DNA of 64,000 nucleotides from Octopus vulgaris (lineage: Eukaryota). Shown here piece by piece: positions 27,271 through 41,865 of this stretch (positions within the stretch are counted from its first letter, which is position 1; each line of letters begins with the position of its first letter). Where the stretch lies: the NCBI GenBank assembly GCA_951406725.2, contig OX597824.1, positions 52,080,001 to 52,144,000 of the forward strand. The letters run 5' to 3'. The notes below the pieces were generated by a model. The model saw nothing but the letters and a program-made list of their open reading frames with translations. It was not told where the DNA came from and did not search any database. Made by a program: the position numbers and the translations under genes.

Positions 27271-27487
27271 TATATTCAGAAAATATATTCTTTTCATCTC
27301 TCTTTCTCTCTCTCGTTCTCTCTTTCGTTCTCCCTCTCTTTCACACATACACAAAAACAGAAAATAGAAAAAAGACATTTACATCTGGTACATTCATCTT
27401 GAAGTCATCCAAACTTAACTTTTTTCTGACTAGATTTAACAGATTTTTGGTCACTTGATGTAACAATAACTAATATTATCCTGATTT

Positions 27488-27649
27488 AAGGCAGCAAGCT
27501 GTTAGAATCATCAGATCACGGAGCGAAATGCTTAGCGGCATTTCGTCTGTCTTTACGTTCTGAGTTCAAATTCCGCCGAGAACGGCTTTGCCTTTCATTG
27601 TTTCGGGGTTGACTAAATGAGAACCAGTTGAGTACTAGGGTCGATATAA
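27488..27649 (+). mobile_element. Nin/Deu-domain SINE (family B) truncated at the mariner insertion
   Basis: aaggcagcaagctgttagaatc...gagttcaaattccgccgag...gcctttcattgtttcggggttgac. Confidence 0.85.
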
Positions 27650-27651
27650 TA

Positions 27652-29345
<1,694 letters not shown>

Positions 29346-29483
29346 AGTTATGTATATGTATGTATATATACATGCGCATATGGGTACAGGACATCAAAAA
29401 AACGTTGAACACAATGAGAAACGACACATACAACACAAGGAATATTCCCCTTCTTAAGTTGACCCTGTTTCATCTACTCCGCG

Positions 29484-29523
<40 letters not shown>

Positions 29524-30124
29524 TTATACGTATATATACATGCATATGTGGGCACAGGACGTCACGAAACGTGTACAACAACAAAAATACAAGCACGAGT
29601 ACATGGAACATGAACTATTCTTTCAAGCAACGAAAGACAAAAATGGAAAACAAAACAAACAACATAAGAACGTCCCTTCATCAGTTGTTGGCTGTTTTTC
29701 TAGTCTCGTATTTCGTGCATTTAACAACAATATACGCTTTCAATAAAACAGTTGCTCCTGCAAAGCAAATTAAATAAAATTTGGGATTTTGCAGAGGATC
29801 AAAATTGGTAACACAAACAGGACAGTGAAAACAAACAGGAAGAGCTGCTAAGCCTATACGAGGTTGTGGTGGCGAACGCGTAAATCAAGCTAGGACAGAA
29901 GACAAACAAGAAGACGTTTTCCTTGTTCCAGCTACAACAGAGAGAAAGAAAGAAAAATGGCCGATAGTCACGTGGGATCCACGCGAGCAAGGGAGGAGGT
30001 GTGAGAAAGAGAGAGTGGCAGAGTAATAGGATAGAATAGTGGGAGACGAGGAGGTAAAAGAATAAGAAAGGGGAAAAAACACAAAAGCGAAAGAGTTCTA
30101 AGTTAGCAGAGAGTAAGAGGAGAT

Positions 30125-30635
30125 ATATGTGTGTATATGCATGTGTGCGTGTGTATGTGCGTGTGTGCATGTATGTGCGTGTGTGCATGTGCGTGTAGTT
30201 GGGTGTGCGTGTGTGCATGTATATGTGCGTGTGTGTGCATGTGCGCGTATGTTTGTGTGTGTGCGTGGGTTGTGTGTGTTGAAGTATACATGTGTTCCTG
30301 TGAGCGTATGTGCGTGTGTATGCCTGCGTGTATGTACGCGTGTGTGTATGTGTATGTATGTGTGTGTGTGTGTTGTGCATGTGCGCCGTGTGTAGGAGGT
30401 ATATGTGCATTCATGTCTGTGTGCGTGTGTGTGTGTATATATATGCACGCGCATACACGTATGCGTACGTGTGTTTATGTGTGTGTGTGTGTGTATGTAC
30501 GTGTGTGTATGTGTGTGCCTTTATGTATGTGTTGTGCGTATAGTGTGCGTGGGATGTATATGTGCGTTCATGTGTGCGCGTGAGTGTATGCATGCGCGTG
30601 TGTGCACGTGTATATGTATGTGTGCGTGTGTTTAT
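30125..30635. repeat. Degenerate alternating purine-pyrimidine (GT/GC/AT) tract of about 500 bp
   Basis: Continuous tgtgtgcgtgtgtatgtgcatg-type sequence. Confidence 0.9.
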
Positions 30636-30996
30636 GTTTGTTTATATAGAAATAAAATAAAATAAGATTGATACAAACAATAGAGAATAAAGGAAAAAAT
30701 ACCCAATAAAAATAAAAAATAATAATAAATAAATAAAAAATAACAGATACAAGATAAAAAATTAAAATTGAAGGGATAAATTAATACAATTATAAACAAT
30801 TAATACAATAATAAGAAAAAGGTAGTGAATAGATAAAATGAAATAAAAGGATTAAAATAAACAATTACGATGGAAAAACGATTAAAAAAGCGAACACAAC
30901 GAACAAAAGTATAAAAAAATTAGCAAATATAAGATAGGATAAAAGTTATATTTTAACGTGTGCGACATCGTTTGTTTGTGTATCTACACACGCACG

Positions 30997-31051
<55 letters not shown>

Positions 31052-33458
31052 GCACATACATATGTATAGGGGAGAGAGAGGGGGGAGAAAGATGTTTAAA
31101 TGCGCGAAATAATGTTCAACTTTTTAATTTTCAATTTTAAAAATTATTTTGAAGTAAAAAATGAATAAAGGTAAAACTGTTAAAAATACGTTGATTCACA
31201 ATAGATTTCGAAAAAAAGTAAAAGTTAAAGAAATTTAGTGAGGAGTGGGGAAGGGCTAAAAATTAAAGTTTAAAATGCTTTTGTGGTGTGAAAAAAACGA
31301 ACTAAAAAGTTAAATTCAAACATTGTCCCCCATAATCTAAAAGAAAAAAGACTCAACTTAGGATGTAATGAAAAACAGTAGAATTTTCCAGATTTGTTAA
31401 TTTCACGTGTAAAAGAAACATGAACAGTACAGAGTGAGGGAAAAAGACGGAAATATAGAAGGAAGATAACGAGTTTGGTGGGTAGGGGTTAAAAGAATAG
31501 GAAAATGCGAATTCTGGAGAACTTTTTCAAAGAAAATGTTAACGGCAGGTGTACTAAAAATGATGACAAATATATATTCTAAAAATCGGCTTCATCATAA
31601 TTGCTATTCAGAAGCAACTACGGAAAGAAGGGGGTTGATAAGGATTGCAGAGGTGAAAATATGGAATTAAAAAAAAAAAAAATTAAGTATTTTTATAGAA
31701 AACTAATTTTAGATGTATGACAAACTTGAATACTAAACATGACAAAAACACGAAAAAGAAAAAAAATAGCTAGGAAGAGGCGTGAGATCACGAATTTTTC
31801 TTTCGAAGCGATTGGCCAACAAAATCAGCATATGGTCACTGGAGCTGCTAAAAGTGATAGTTAAATCATTAAACATGGAAAAGTTGCGATAAATGAATCA
31901 TAGTGTATAAAGATAGAAAGCCATAAATTAGAAAATAATTGCTAATGAGCTAATGATAATTATCTAAGTCAAGACGATACATGCTCACTCATGAATGCAA
32001 TTGCTAATATATCATATAATGAGTGTCACTGTTTAACTTAGAAAGTGTATGCTAAAGATAGTTAAAGTTAATGTTCGCAGTTCGTAAATATACATTTGAG
32101 AATTGAAACACCGGCACAAGATAGAATTGGAAACATTACAAATTCTAGCTGAACCTCACGCAAGATTTATCTGTAGAGCGATTTTCAAGACTTCGGTTTG
32201 GAAAATGAATTCTGAAGAGACTGTCATTGATTTTATTATTTTTTATTTTGTTGACGTTTGAAGAATTTCTAAAGTCTCGAGAGTACGCGGAACATTTTTT
32301 TCTGTTTTTGAAATTTGGGCCTCGAAGTACATATAAAGCTATACATAATACCATGTAAATATTGGGACGAAAATCCCTTTTGGATAGAAAAAGTCGAAGC
32401 CACATCTCTTCGTAGTCATCATAAGCGTTCTATCATTGCACCAAAACAATCCTTCAAATTTCTCTACCCATTTTATAAACTTTATTCTTAGCGAGAATTG
32501 TATGTTGTTGATATCATAAGAGAATATAAACTCTCGAGGGAATGTGAAAGAATTCCTATCTTGGATTTAATTCTTGAAAAAGAATTCCTGTTTTGGATTT
32601 AATTCTTGAAGTACATATAAAGCTATAAATAATGGCATGTACTTGCTATTATTTATTGCTTTATATGTACTTCGAGAACCAACTTCAAGAAAAAACTTTT
32701 TATTCTATTTTAGTGATGGCCGCTCGCTGTTAGGTTTTTACTTAGATGGTATTGGTCATAGGTCAAATTAAATAGTTGATATTGATTCTACTGATTTTAT
32801 TATTATAACATTCACACACACACACGCGCTCGCGCTCGCGCACGCACGCACGTACGCACGCACGCACGTACGCACGCACGCACGTACGCACGCACGCACG
32901 TACGCACGCACGCACACACCAACACATTTTAAGATAACTTAAAAAGGTAGAAAAAATAACTAAATTAACGATGGTTTGTATTTATTTTCGAAATTAAGGA
33001 ATGGTTCCCAAACAATGATTGCGGATTCTGTCTTAACGATGAACTCTTAGACTGGATTGACGGTAATCCATACACAGCGGAAGAAAAGAACTTTCTTTGC
33101 CTTTTAGTACTAACCCAAAATCTGATGATTATTTTTTACCCTTAATCTCACGACAGGACGCTAGTATCCTTTAAATAAACCCAACTAAAAATTACAATAT
33201 ATTTGTAGATACTCAAACCAACCTCGGAACATCAAAAGTACTTAAGGAAGAAGCATTTCATTAAACTTCCATATAAACAATGAAAGGGCTCTCTGTATTT
33301 CTGACAGTGAGAGGAAATGGAGAATTTCTGCAGTTCGGTGGACTTAGTTTTGTGTTACTTACATACTTCGCTGGTATTCATCAGCAACCGATATTAACGC
33401 ATACCCACACAAACACTCATATACACATTCACACAAACTCACCCACTTACGGTATATA

Positions 33459-34066
33459 CAAGGTGTCTCACTCCAAAATGTATACAGACTTTAACAGCTG
33501 ACCTTTCTCCGACTTTTCGTTTCTTTTTAAATTTAAACCTCTTGAAATAATGTATGTAGATTAGGCTTAACAAAAGAAATTTTTTTAAAGTGCTACTGGA
33601 GGCTTGAAAACGCAGTCGAAGTGCAAAGGCAATTTAGGAAAGAGTTTCAAATAGATCCTCCCACGCGACTTACCATCTCGGAAATTGGTTACGAATTTGG
33701 CACACGGCCAGCATTTTCCGGGGATTGGACAAATCGATTGCATCGACCCCAGTATTCCCGACCTCGGAAGAATGAAAAGCAAAGTCGGCATCGGCGATAT
33801 TTGAACTCAAAATACCACTAAGAACTTTGCCCAGCGCGCAAACGATAATGACAGCTCACCGCCCTAAACCAATACACAAATTAGATAAGCTTCAAGCATG
33901 ACCATTGCGATTCCATTGCTTCGCGTTTTCAGCAGTGCCAAGGCTAGGATGGTCATCATCTTGAAAATAGGTGCTCATAAAAATTCTAATTCTTTCTGTA
34001 GATTCTATTAAATTTTGAAGATGAAATTTATTTTAAGCTTTGGTGTACATTTTTAGGGACACTCTT
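33459..34066 (+). mobile_element. Internally deleted Tc1/mariner element with DUF4817-type N-terminus, containing a SINE
   Basis: Degenerate TIRs caaggtgtctcactccaaaatgtatac / gtgtacatttttagggacactctt with TA flanks. LKCYWRLENAVEVQRQFRKEFQIDPPTRLTI at the N-terminus. CDSIASRFQQCQG.DGHHLEN at the C-terminus. Confidence 0.7.
33690..33865 (-). mobile_element. Nin/Deu-domain SINE (family B)
   Basis: tttggcacacggccagca...catcgaccccagt...atgaaaagcaaagtcg...atttgaactc...cagctcaccgcc. Confidence 0.75.
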
Positions 34067-36224
34067 TATACATGAGTGGGGTGTGTGTGCATAGGGGTTT
34101 ATGTGAGTGTATGTGTGTGAGTGTGAATGTGTATGTGTGTGTGTGTGTACACACACACACACACACATGCATACACATACAAACTCATACACAGAAATCC
34201 ACGCACAAATATACATGTGATGGTCTTCCGTACAGTTCCTGAGTACCAAATTGAATTACAGAGCATTTGATGACCCTAGGTAGTTTTCAAGGAAGCCCAG
34301 GGTGCTGCTGCACATATGGATCGAAACCAAAACGATGTTTTTGCAAAGTAAACTTCTTAACCCCATAGCTAGACAAGTGCTTCGGTACAATTTATGTATA
34401 ACTCTGCGTTTATACCTATATTAAGTGGGAGTGAGGTGCCTCGAGTAAAAGAAATAAAGATATGAAATCAGTGTCTGCTAGACCCAAGTCATTTAACGTA
34501 TGCATATTTAAAATCCATGTTTTGATTTTGGATTTATTGTAGTAGCCGCGGTGACTATTATGTGTGGTCACATGGCTGTGGTCACGGAAATGTATTTTAA
34601 ACATTTTTGCTACAGTCGAAGTGGAACTGCTGGACAATGATGAACGATCTGTTGACAGTGATCACAGTATTGATGACGACTACGACGACGGTACTGACGA
34701 CTTGTTACTGCTACAGTCAATATGTGTGTGTGTGTGAGCGTGTGTGTATGTGTGTGTATATTTGTCAAATTATCGAAACGGTAAAATACAGCGAAATAGA
34801 ATTATAAGTAAAACACTTGTCAAAAGAAAAACCTTGGACATCAAAATCTTATCAAACGTGTTCCCAAGGGATCTTAAGCGTTTTAAAGCTATTTTCCACA
34901 TGTCTGGTTTCTTGAGGGGGCTGAAAAATAAAATACAATAACACAAAACAAACACGCCACATATTGGCGTTGTATTTAATTTTTTTTTCTTTTCGTTATT
35001 TCTTAAAGATTTAAGTTATCATTTATTTTAGTTGTTTTGCATGTGTATACGCAAGTGTATTTGTGTGCACATGTGTGTGTTTGCATGTGTCTGGTTAAAT
35101 ACATGTCTACGAATGTCATTATATGTTTGCGGTCGAAGTGTCTCTCAGCGTGAACGTATGTTGCGTGCTTTTGTGTGCGCATGTGTATATGTAAGTTCAG
35201 TTTGTAAGAAGATCCATGTGAAGGTGTGACTATGTGGATTCATGTTTGCGGGGAGAGGAATGGATGCTGCTTTCGTTGCTTTTGCTGTTGTGCTTGTAGT
35301 TATTTCTATGTTATTTATTTTTTTTTATAACTCCTGTTTTCCATTTATTTTTGCTTTTGTTGTTTGTTTCCCTTTCTTTGCAGTGTGCCATATGCGTCAC
35401 ATTAGCTGCCAGTATAGGATGTTAACTGAGACTTCTACATATTTGCTGTCAATTCCCCACCAGTCGTACATACGTAAACCACTGTCCTGACATACCATAC
35501 CCAGAAAACCGTACACACACACACACACATACACATACACACGTATATATGTGTATGTTTATGTACGAATGTCTCATGTATGTGGATATATACGTGAGTT
35601 CACATACAGGCGCACGCACTCACACACGCTCTTACAATGAACATTCAGAGCGAAAGGTTTACTTGTCCATCTTTAAAAAAAAAAGGGAGAAAAAAAAAAG
35701 ACATTATAAAAATACATGCACAGCAAGAAAAAAAAAAAAGAAAACATCTATATAACCCAAACATGAAAAGAAAAACATCCCAACAACAACAACAACAACA
35801 AAAATAACATTTGTTTCCGGGTTGATAATTAATTCATAGTGGTGTGGAACTTTAGTTTCCGATTCGAAGAGGAGCTGAGGGGAGAAGTGTTGGTGGGGGT
35901 AGTGATGGTAGTGGTGGTGTTGGCGGCAGCAGGAGTCGTTGGTGGCGGCGGTGGTGGTGGTGGTGGACATTCCAACAAAAACAAAGGAAAAAAGGGACCA
36001 GAGAGATCGACTTGACGATGGCTGGTGGTGGAGAGGATGACTACAACTGATGATGATGGCGGTGATGGGGTGGGAAAAAAGAGTAAAAAGAAGAGGAGTA
36101 GGAGGGGATGTTGTTGTTGAAATAATGCTGATGGTAATAATGTTAATGATGATGATCATGACGATATTCACGTTGATGATAACGATTATGTGAAGAATAA
36201 GTTTTCTGATAACAACTATAAAGA

Positions 36225-36425
36225 CGATGATGATGATGATGGCGAGAGCGGCGACAGTGACGACGACGACGACGAAACTGAAGACAAAGATGCCGATGTT
36301 GCTAGTGATGATAATGATGATGATGACGACGATGATAATGACAACGATGATAACGACGACGATGACGATGGTGATGATGATGGTGGTGATGATGGTGATG
36401 ATGATGATGATAATGGTGATGATGG

Positions 36426-36472
<47 letters not shown>

Positions 36473-36600
36473 GTGGTGGTTGTGGTGGTTGTGGTGATAT
36501 TAGCTATGGGATGGTGGTGGTGATGATAACGATGATGATGATGATGATGATGATGATGTTAATGATGATGATGATGATGATGATGTTGATTATGATGATG

Positions 36601-36632
<32 letters not shown>

Positions 36633-36650
36633 GATGATTGATGGCGATGA
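36225..36650. repeat. Compound (GAT/GAC/GGT)n trinucleotide microsatellite
   Basis: Directly visible. Explains the poly-D, poly-M and poly-I ORFs. Confidence 0.95.
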
Positions 36651-37719
36651 TACACGCCGTATTTTAATCAGAACTTTAAGAATGATGCTTTCGCGATTCG
36701 TTTGCTGCAGTTGCGACGAGAGTTCATAGTATTGGCACGTGGAATGAGGGACAACTAGAAACATGATTATCACCGTTCCAGTACGATTGCACCAACATAT
36801 CACCATCTTCAACGCTACTACTATGTCCACCACCACCACCACCACTACTATCACACCAATCACCATTATCATTATCATGATGATCCTCATTTCCAATTAG
36901 TACAATAACAAAAATAACACCCTAAGCCGCCTACTGTAGAAGAGCGAAGAAAAAAGTTCAAAGCATTTGTAGCAATAGAAATATGTCGGTAAGTTCAGTG
37001 AAATATGGCGGAACATAAGAGGTGCCGGTGTTACGACAGCTACCACAAATTGTTTAGCGTGGAGCGGTTTGGGGGTGGAGCGGAATGAGGCAGCCTTAAG
37101 GGTTTTGAAGTGCTAGATGGATGGGCTGACCTACAGCTTCCTTCTTCATACAAATCAAAGACAGTAATGTTATGAAAACGATAACGGAAGAACCGAAACA
37201 ATATTTTCTAACCGTTTCCTTTTGCACCGTAGCAACCACAAGAATAACAACAACAACAACAACAACAGCAGCAGCAGACGGCAAAAACACTAAAAAAACA
37301 GCAACGGCAAGAAGAAATACAACAGTAATGACGATTATGATGATACTGAAAATTCGAATGCTGTTGTTCCTGCTGCTGCTGCTGATGATGATGATGTTGA
37401 TGATGATGGTGGTGGTGGTGGTGGTGGTGGTGGTGGTGATTTTGATGGTGGTGGTGGTGGAGGTGGTGGTTGTACTGGTGGTGATCAGCATCATCTTCGT
37501 TGTCGTCGTCGTTGTCATCATCAGCAATTCCCTAGTTATTGCAATGTCCTTAGTTACTGCAGCTGAAATTGTCTTTCGAATTAACCTAAATATGTCAGCT
37601 GTTTGCATATCCACCCTACCTACTTTATATGTGCAGTGTAACTTATATAGCCTTCTTTATATATATGCAGTGCAACCGTTCCTTCTGTACACATTGTGAA
37701 CTATATATATATAGAAATA

Positions 37720-38870
37720 GTAAAAGTGAAAAAACTACAGAAGGCTTAAAGGTTAAAAAATATATATATATTTGCGTCAATATGTCTGAAGAATATTAAA
37801 AAATTTTTTTCTTACAATGAAAGTTTAGAAGAAAGACCGGTTTCGCGTTTAGCTTTTCAAATTTCTTACGACGTTATGTTTATGTTGAATAGAGTTATCG
37901 TTATGTTTATGTTTAAAAGAGTTCTAAATAAGGGGAGGTATTGAGTGATTTCTTCCGGTGTAAGGGAGATAATCGCTTAAAATTTTTTTCCTTTCCCTTG
38001 GTGTGAATTTCTCTGTATCAGTATGTTGGCATGGTTAAGTCTGGGCTTGTACTTTTCAATGAATAATGTTTCCTTGTTTAGTCTAATTTGTGTTGATGAT
38101 CCGATAGCACATTGGTAAAATGGAAAGATTAAAAATTGTGGTAGTAGTTGCTTTGCGCATTTCTCAATGTGCTCACTAAAAGGTATCATTCTGTATTCTG
38201 GGAATGCAATCTGTTGTCGATGCAGTGTGCATCTACGTCTGAGTGATAGTCCCATGGATCCCACATAGTCTTGGTGGCAGCCCGAGCATTTTATGACATA
38301 AATTATGTTTTCAGAGGCACAAGTACAGTTAGATTTGATCTTGAATTTCTGTCCCTCTTTAAAGAGGAATTCTGATCCTTCTAGCAGGTTTGGACATGTT
38401 GCACAGTTCGATCTACCACATTTTTTTTACTTTTGCATCCGTAATTTCAGAAAACAATTTTGCCTTTGTGAGAATCTTTTTAAGTGATTTAGGTTGTTTG
38501 TAGCTTTTAATGATTTGGTGTATGTTTAGAATTTCCTTTAATTTGGGGTCCTTATGAAGTATTGGTAAATTCTGGGTGATGATGGTGAAGGCTTCTTTGT
38601 TTCTGAGGTTGTTCAACACAACAACACACCTTCCCCGAAAATACTACCTTACATATCTACATACAACCCCAGAAACATGTCCAAACCTGCTAGAAGGATC
38701 AGAATTCCTCTTTAAAGAGGGACAGAAATTCAAGATCAAATCTAACTTTACTTGTGCCTCTGAAAACATAATTTATGTCATAAAATGCTCTGGCTGCCAC
38801 CAAGACTACGTGGGATCCGCGGGACTATCAGTCAGACGTAGATGCACACTGCATCGACAACAGATTGCAA
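37720..38870 (-). mobile_element. Penelope-like element with inverted duplication at its 5' side
   Basis: Minus strand 37977-38619 gives ITQNLPILHKDPKLKEI..IIKSYKQPKSLK and RLNKETLFIEKYKPRLN. Plus strand 38674-38869 gives FTCASENIIYVIKCSGCHQDYVG (GIY-YIG), the reverse complement of 38205-38400. Confidence 0.9.
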
Positions 38871-39298
38871 CCAATACACACACCTTTGTATCTGTGGTGT
38901 AAATCTTAACAATGACCTGTTAAAAGATATGACGATCAAATTTTTCTGAAGGTTAGAAAGCAGAAGTTATGCAGTACTGTAGCTCTCAGCTATGCAGCAG
39001 ATGTGGATGCCTCATCTAAAGTTGAATAAAAAAGAACATCTAATTTGGACTAATGAGAAACTATCTATTTGGGCTGTAAATATTTATTTGTATAAAGGCA
39101 GAACAGATTTGCATTTCTAATTTTGGATTTCGTATGACAGAAAGAAGGAAACAGATTCACATCGTCCAAATCACTCGACTAGTATATTGTGAAAATCTGT
39201 AACACAGTTGACAGATTTTGAACTTTCGATTCCAGCAATAAACATATGCATACAATCATATGTGTGTGTATATACCACTAACTCACGCACAAAGAGTG

Positions 39299-39384
<86 letters not shown>

Positions 39385-39403
39385 CCATATTCCTCGGATC
39401 TTT

Positions 39404-40101
39404 TCTATTTGACTTCACCTGTAGAAATTTCAAAGTTTTAAAATGATTTTAAAATTTGGGGCAATGAAGTAATTTTTCACGCTGAATCTCGGGGAATATT
39501 TAACTTTAGCCAGAAAAAAAGTTTTTAAAATTGTTGCAGAAATTTAAAGTTTGATCATTTTTACATAATCAGAAAATAGGATTTAGAGGCTGTCATTTTG
39601 TGCGTTTCAACACGTGTTGTGAACAGTAAACAAATGATACAATTCTGTTTTACACACACAATATGAACACCCCATAAATTTTTTATTTTTTGGAATTTTC
39701 AGTAAATTTTTGTGCATTTTTATTCTACTCACGGGAATTCATTCGATTATGCAAACACCCCACCACCAAAAAAAAAAGTGCGTGATTTAAAGCCTATTAA
39801 GCTATTATTTTAGCACATCTCACAACCACCATTTAATAAGCGAAAAATAAGTACGTGAGTAAATAGCTTGGCAACAACTTGGTTTGTTACTATGGAAACA
39901 GGCATGAATGCGTCTGTGGCTTACGACTGGCTAATATTACCATAAATTTACAAAATTTAAAAGTTATTAACATTTTATTTATTGATTTATGGTGAAAACG
40001 AATTTCATGTCAATGATTAGCATTCGAAACTACATCATTACATTAAATATGAAATCAATTAAAACAAATTGAAGAAATTGAAAAGTGGCAGCCAAACAGA
40101 G
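39404..40101. mobile_element. Putative non-autonomous DNA transposon (about 700 bp)
   Basis: Left end tctatttgacttcacct resembles the reverse complement of the right end (tctgtttggctgccact). AT-rich with no ORF. Confidence 0.45.
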
Positions 40102-40390
40102 ATATAATCACCTCTTATATGACTGCGAGTATATCCACACACACACCGCCAATGGCATATATGCATATACTCATCCACTCACAGATTCACAGAATCCTGC
40201 AAGTGCCTTCACATAAACAAGAAGCCTTGTCACGTTGATAGTGGCTGGATCGAATTATGTGAAGAAAACTTTTTCTATATTTCAAAAGAAGACATAGATA
40301 TGTAGTCAGATACACATATACTCATGTAACAAACACACACACACACACACACACACACATGCACGCACACGCACGCACACACACATTCAC

Positions 40391-40476
<86 letters not shown>

Positions 40477-40478
40477 TC

Positions 40479-40521
<43 letters not shown>

Positions 40522-40535
40522 AATATATGAGCATA

Positions 40536-40599
40536 TGGCATATTGGTTAAGAGCGCGGGCTACTAACCCCAAGATTCTGAGTTCGATTCTAGGCAATGA

Positions 40600-40677
<78 letters not shown>
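40536..40677 (+). mobile_element. Short tRNA-derived SINE or tRNA pseudogene with (AAT)n tail
   Basis: tggcatattggttaagagcgcgggctactaaccccaagattctgagttcgattctaggc has A and B boxes and is followed by about 24 AAT units. Confidence 0.7.
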
Positions 40678-40678
<1 letters not shown>

Positions 40679-41852
40679 CACCATAGGACTGCAAAAATAT
40701 CTACTTCAGAAGGAAAGAAAACTGATACAAATAGCGGCAAAACACGAGCAAAACAAAAAACTGTTCTCAGTATTTAAGGAAGCTGACAAATACAAACAAG
40801 AAATCATACCACCTAATAAATATGAAGAAGAAGAAGAAGAAGAAGAAGAAGAAGAAGAAGAAGAAGAAGAAGAAGAGAGAAGAAGAAGAAGAAGAAGAAG
40901 AAGAAGAAGAAGAAGAAGAAGAAGAAGAAGAAGAAGAAGAAGAAGAAGGAAGAAGAAGAAGAAGAAGAAGAAGAAGAAGAAGAAGAAGAAGAAGAAGAAG
41001 AAGAAGAAGAAGAAGAAAACACCAAAGCTATAAAACAAATGAAATCCAAACTAAAAATAGAACAGCAACGAACAATGATAAAACGATGGCAAGAAAAGCC
41101 CCTTCATGGTAAATACTGGACTAAACTAAATGCAAAAGAAATAGACAAAGAAAAATCCCAGCAATGGTTGAGAAGCTCAGGACTCAAAGCAAAGACAGAG
41201 GGATTTTTAATTGCAGCACAAGACCAAAGCTCCCCACCAGAAATTACAAAAAACATGTAATGAAAAGAAACATAACAAGTAACTGCAGAATATGTGGAGA
41301 TGGACAAGAAACAATAAATCATATTATCTCTGGCTGCCCAGTCCTGGCCAAGAAGGAATATATTCACAGACATGACAGAGTTGGAACCTACATACACTGA
41401 AAGCTATGCCAACATTATGGAATAACAACAGTAAAAAGATGGTATAGGCACACACCAGAAAAGGTCACAGAAAACGAGAAAGCAACCATACTCTGGGATA
41501 TGCCGATACACACAGATAGAGAAATTAAGGCTAACATTCCAGATATAGTTGTCAGAGATTATGAAGAAAAAAATGCTTTCTAATTGATGTATCAATACCG
41601 GCAGATGACAATGTGTCTCTAAAAGAAATGGAGAAACTTTCAAAATGCAAAGACCTGGAAATAGAGGTAACCAGAATGTGGAATCTGAAAACAGAAACAA
41701 TTCCTATCATAGTAGGTGCATTAGGCATGATAAAAAAATATTCAGACAAATACAATACAAAAACACCAGGACTTACAAACACATATAACATACAGAAAAT
41801 TGCACTACTAGGCACTGCACACATCCTACGCAGAACACTTTCCATACAATAA
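40678..41852 (+). pseudogene. 5'-truncated R4/Dong-type non-LTR retrotransposon, C-terminal zinc knuckle and restriction-like endonuclease
   Basis: KPLHGKYW, TEGFLIAAQDQ, CRICGDGQETINHIISGC (CCHC), YIHRHDRV, PDIVV, LIDVSIP, KEMEKLSKCKDL, IPIIVGALG. These match the RHD..PD..D..K..Y/C pattern of RLE elements. Frameshifts, a stop and a GAA expansion are present. Confidence 0.9.
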
Positions 41853-41865
41853 CCAGGAAATAATA

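Noticed and set aside
29799-30665. Overlapping His/Thr and Cys/Val ORFs
   Set aside because: Products of alternating CA/TG repeats.
36190-37699. Asp-rich, Met-rich and Thr/Val-rich ORFs that resemble acidic biomineral proteins
   Set aside because: Explained by GAT/GGT/CAA microsatellites, with no signal peptide, domain or splice support.
40536-40600. Possible functional tRNA gene
   Set aside because: A and B boxes are present, but no proper acceptor stem or oligo-T terminator, and it runs into an AAT tail.
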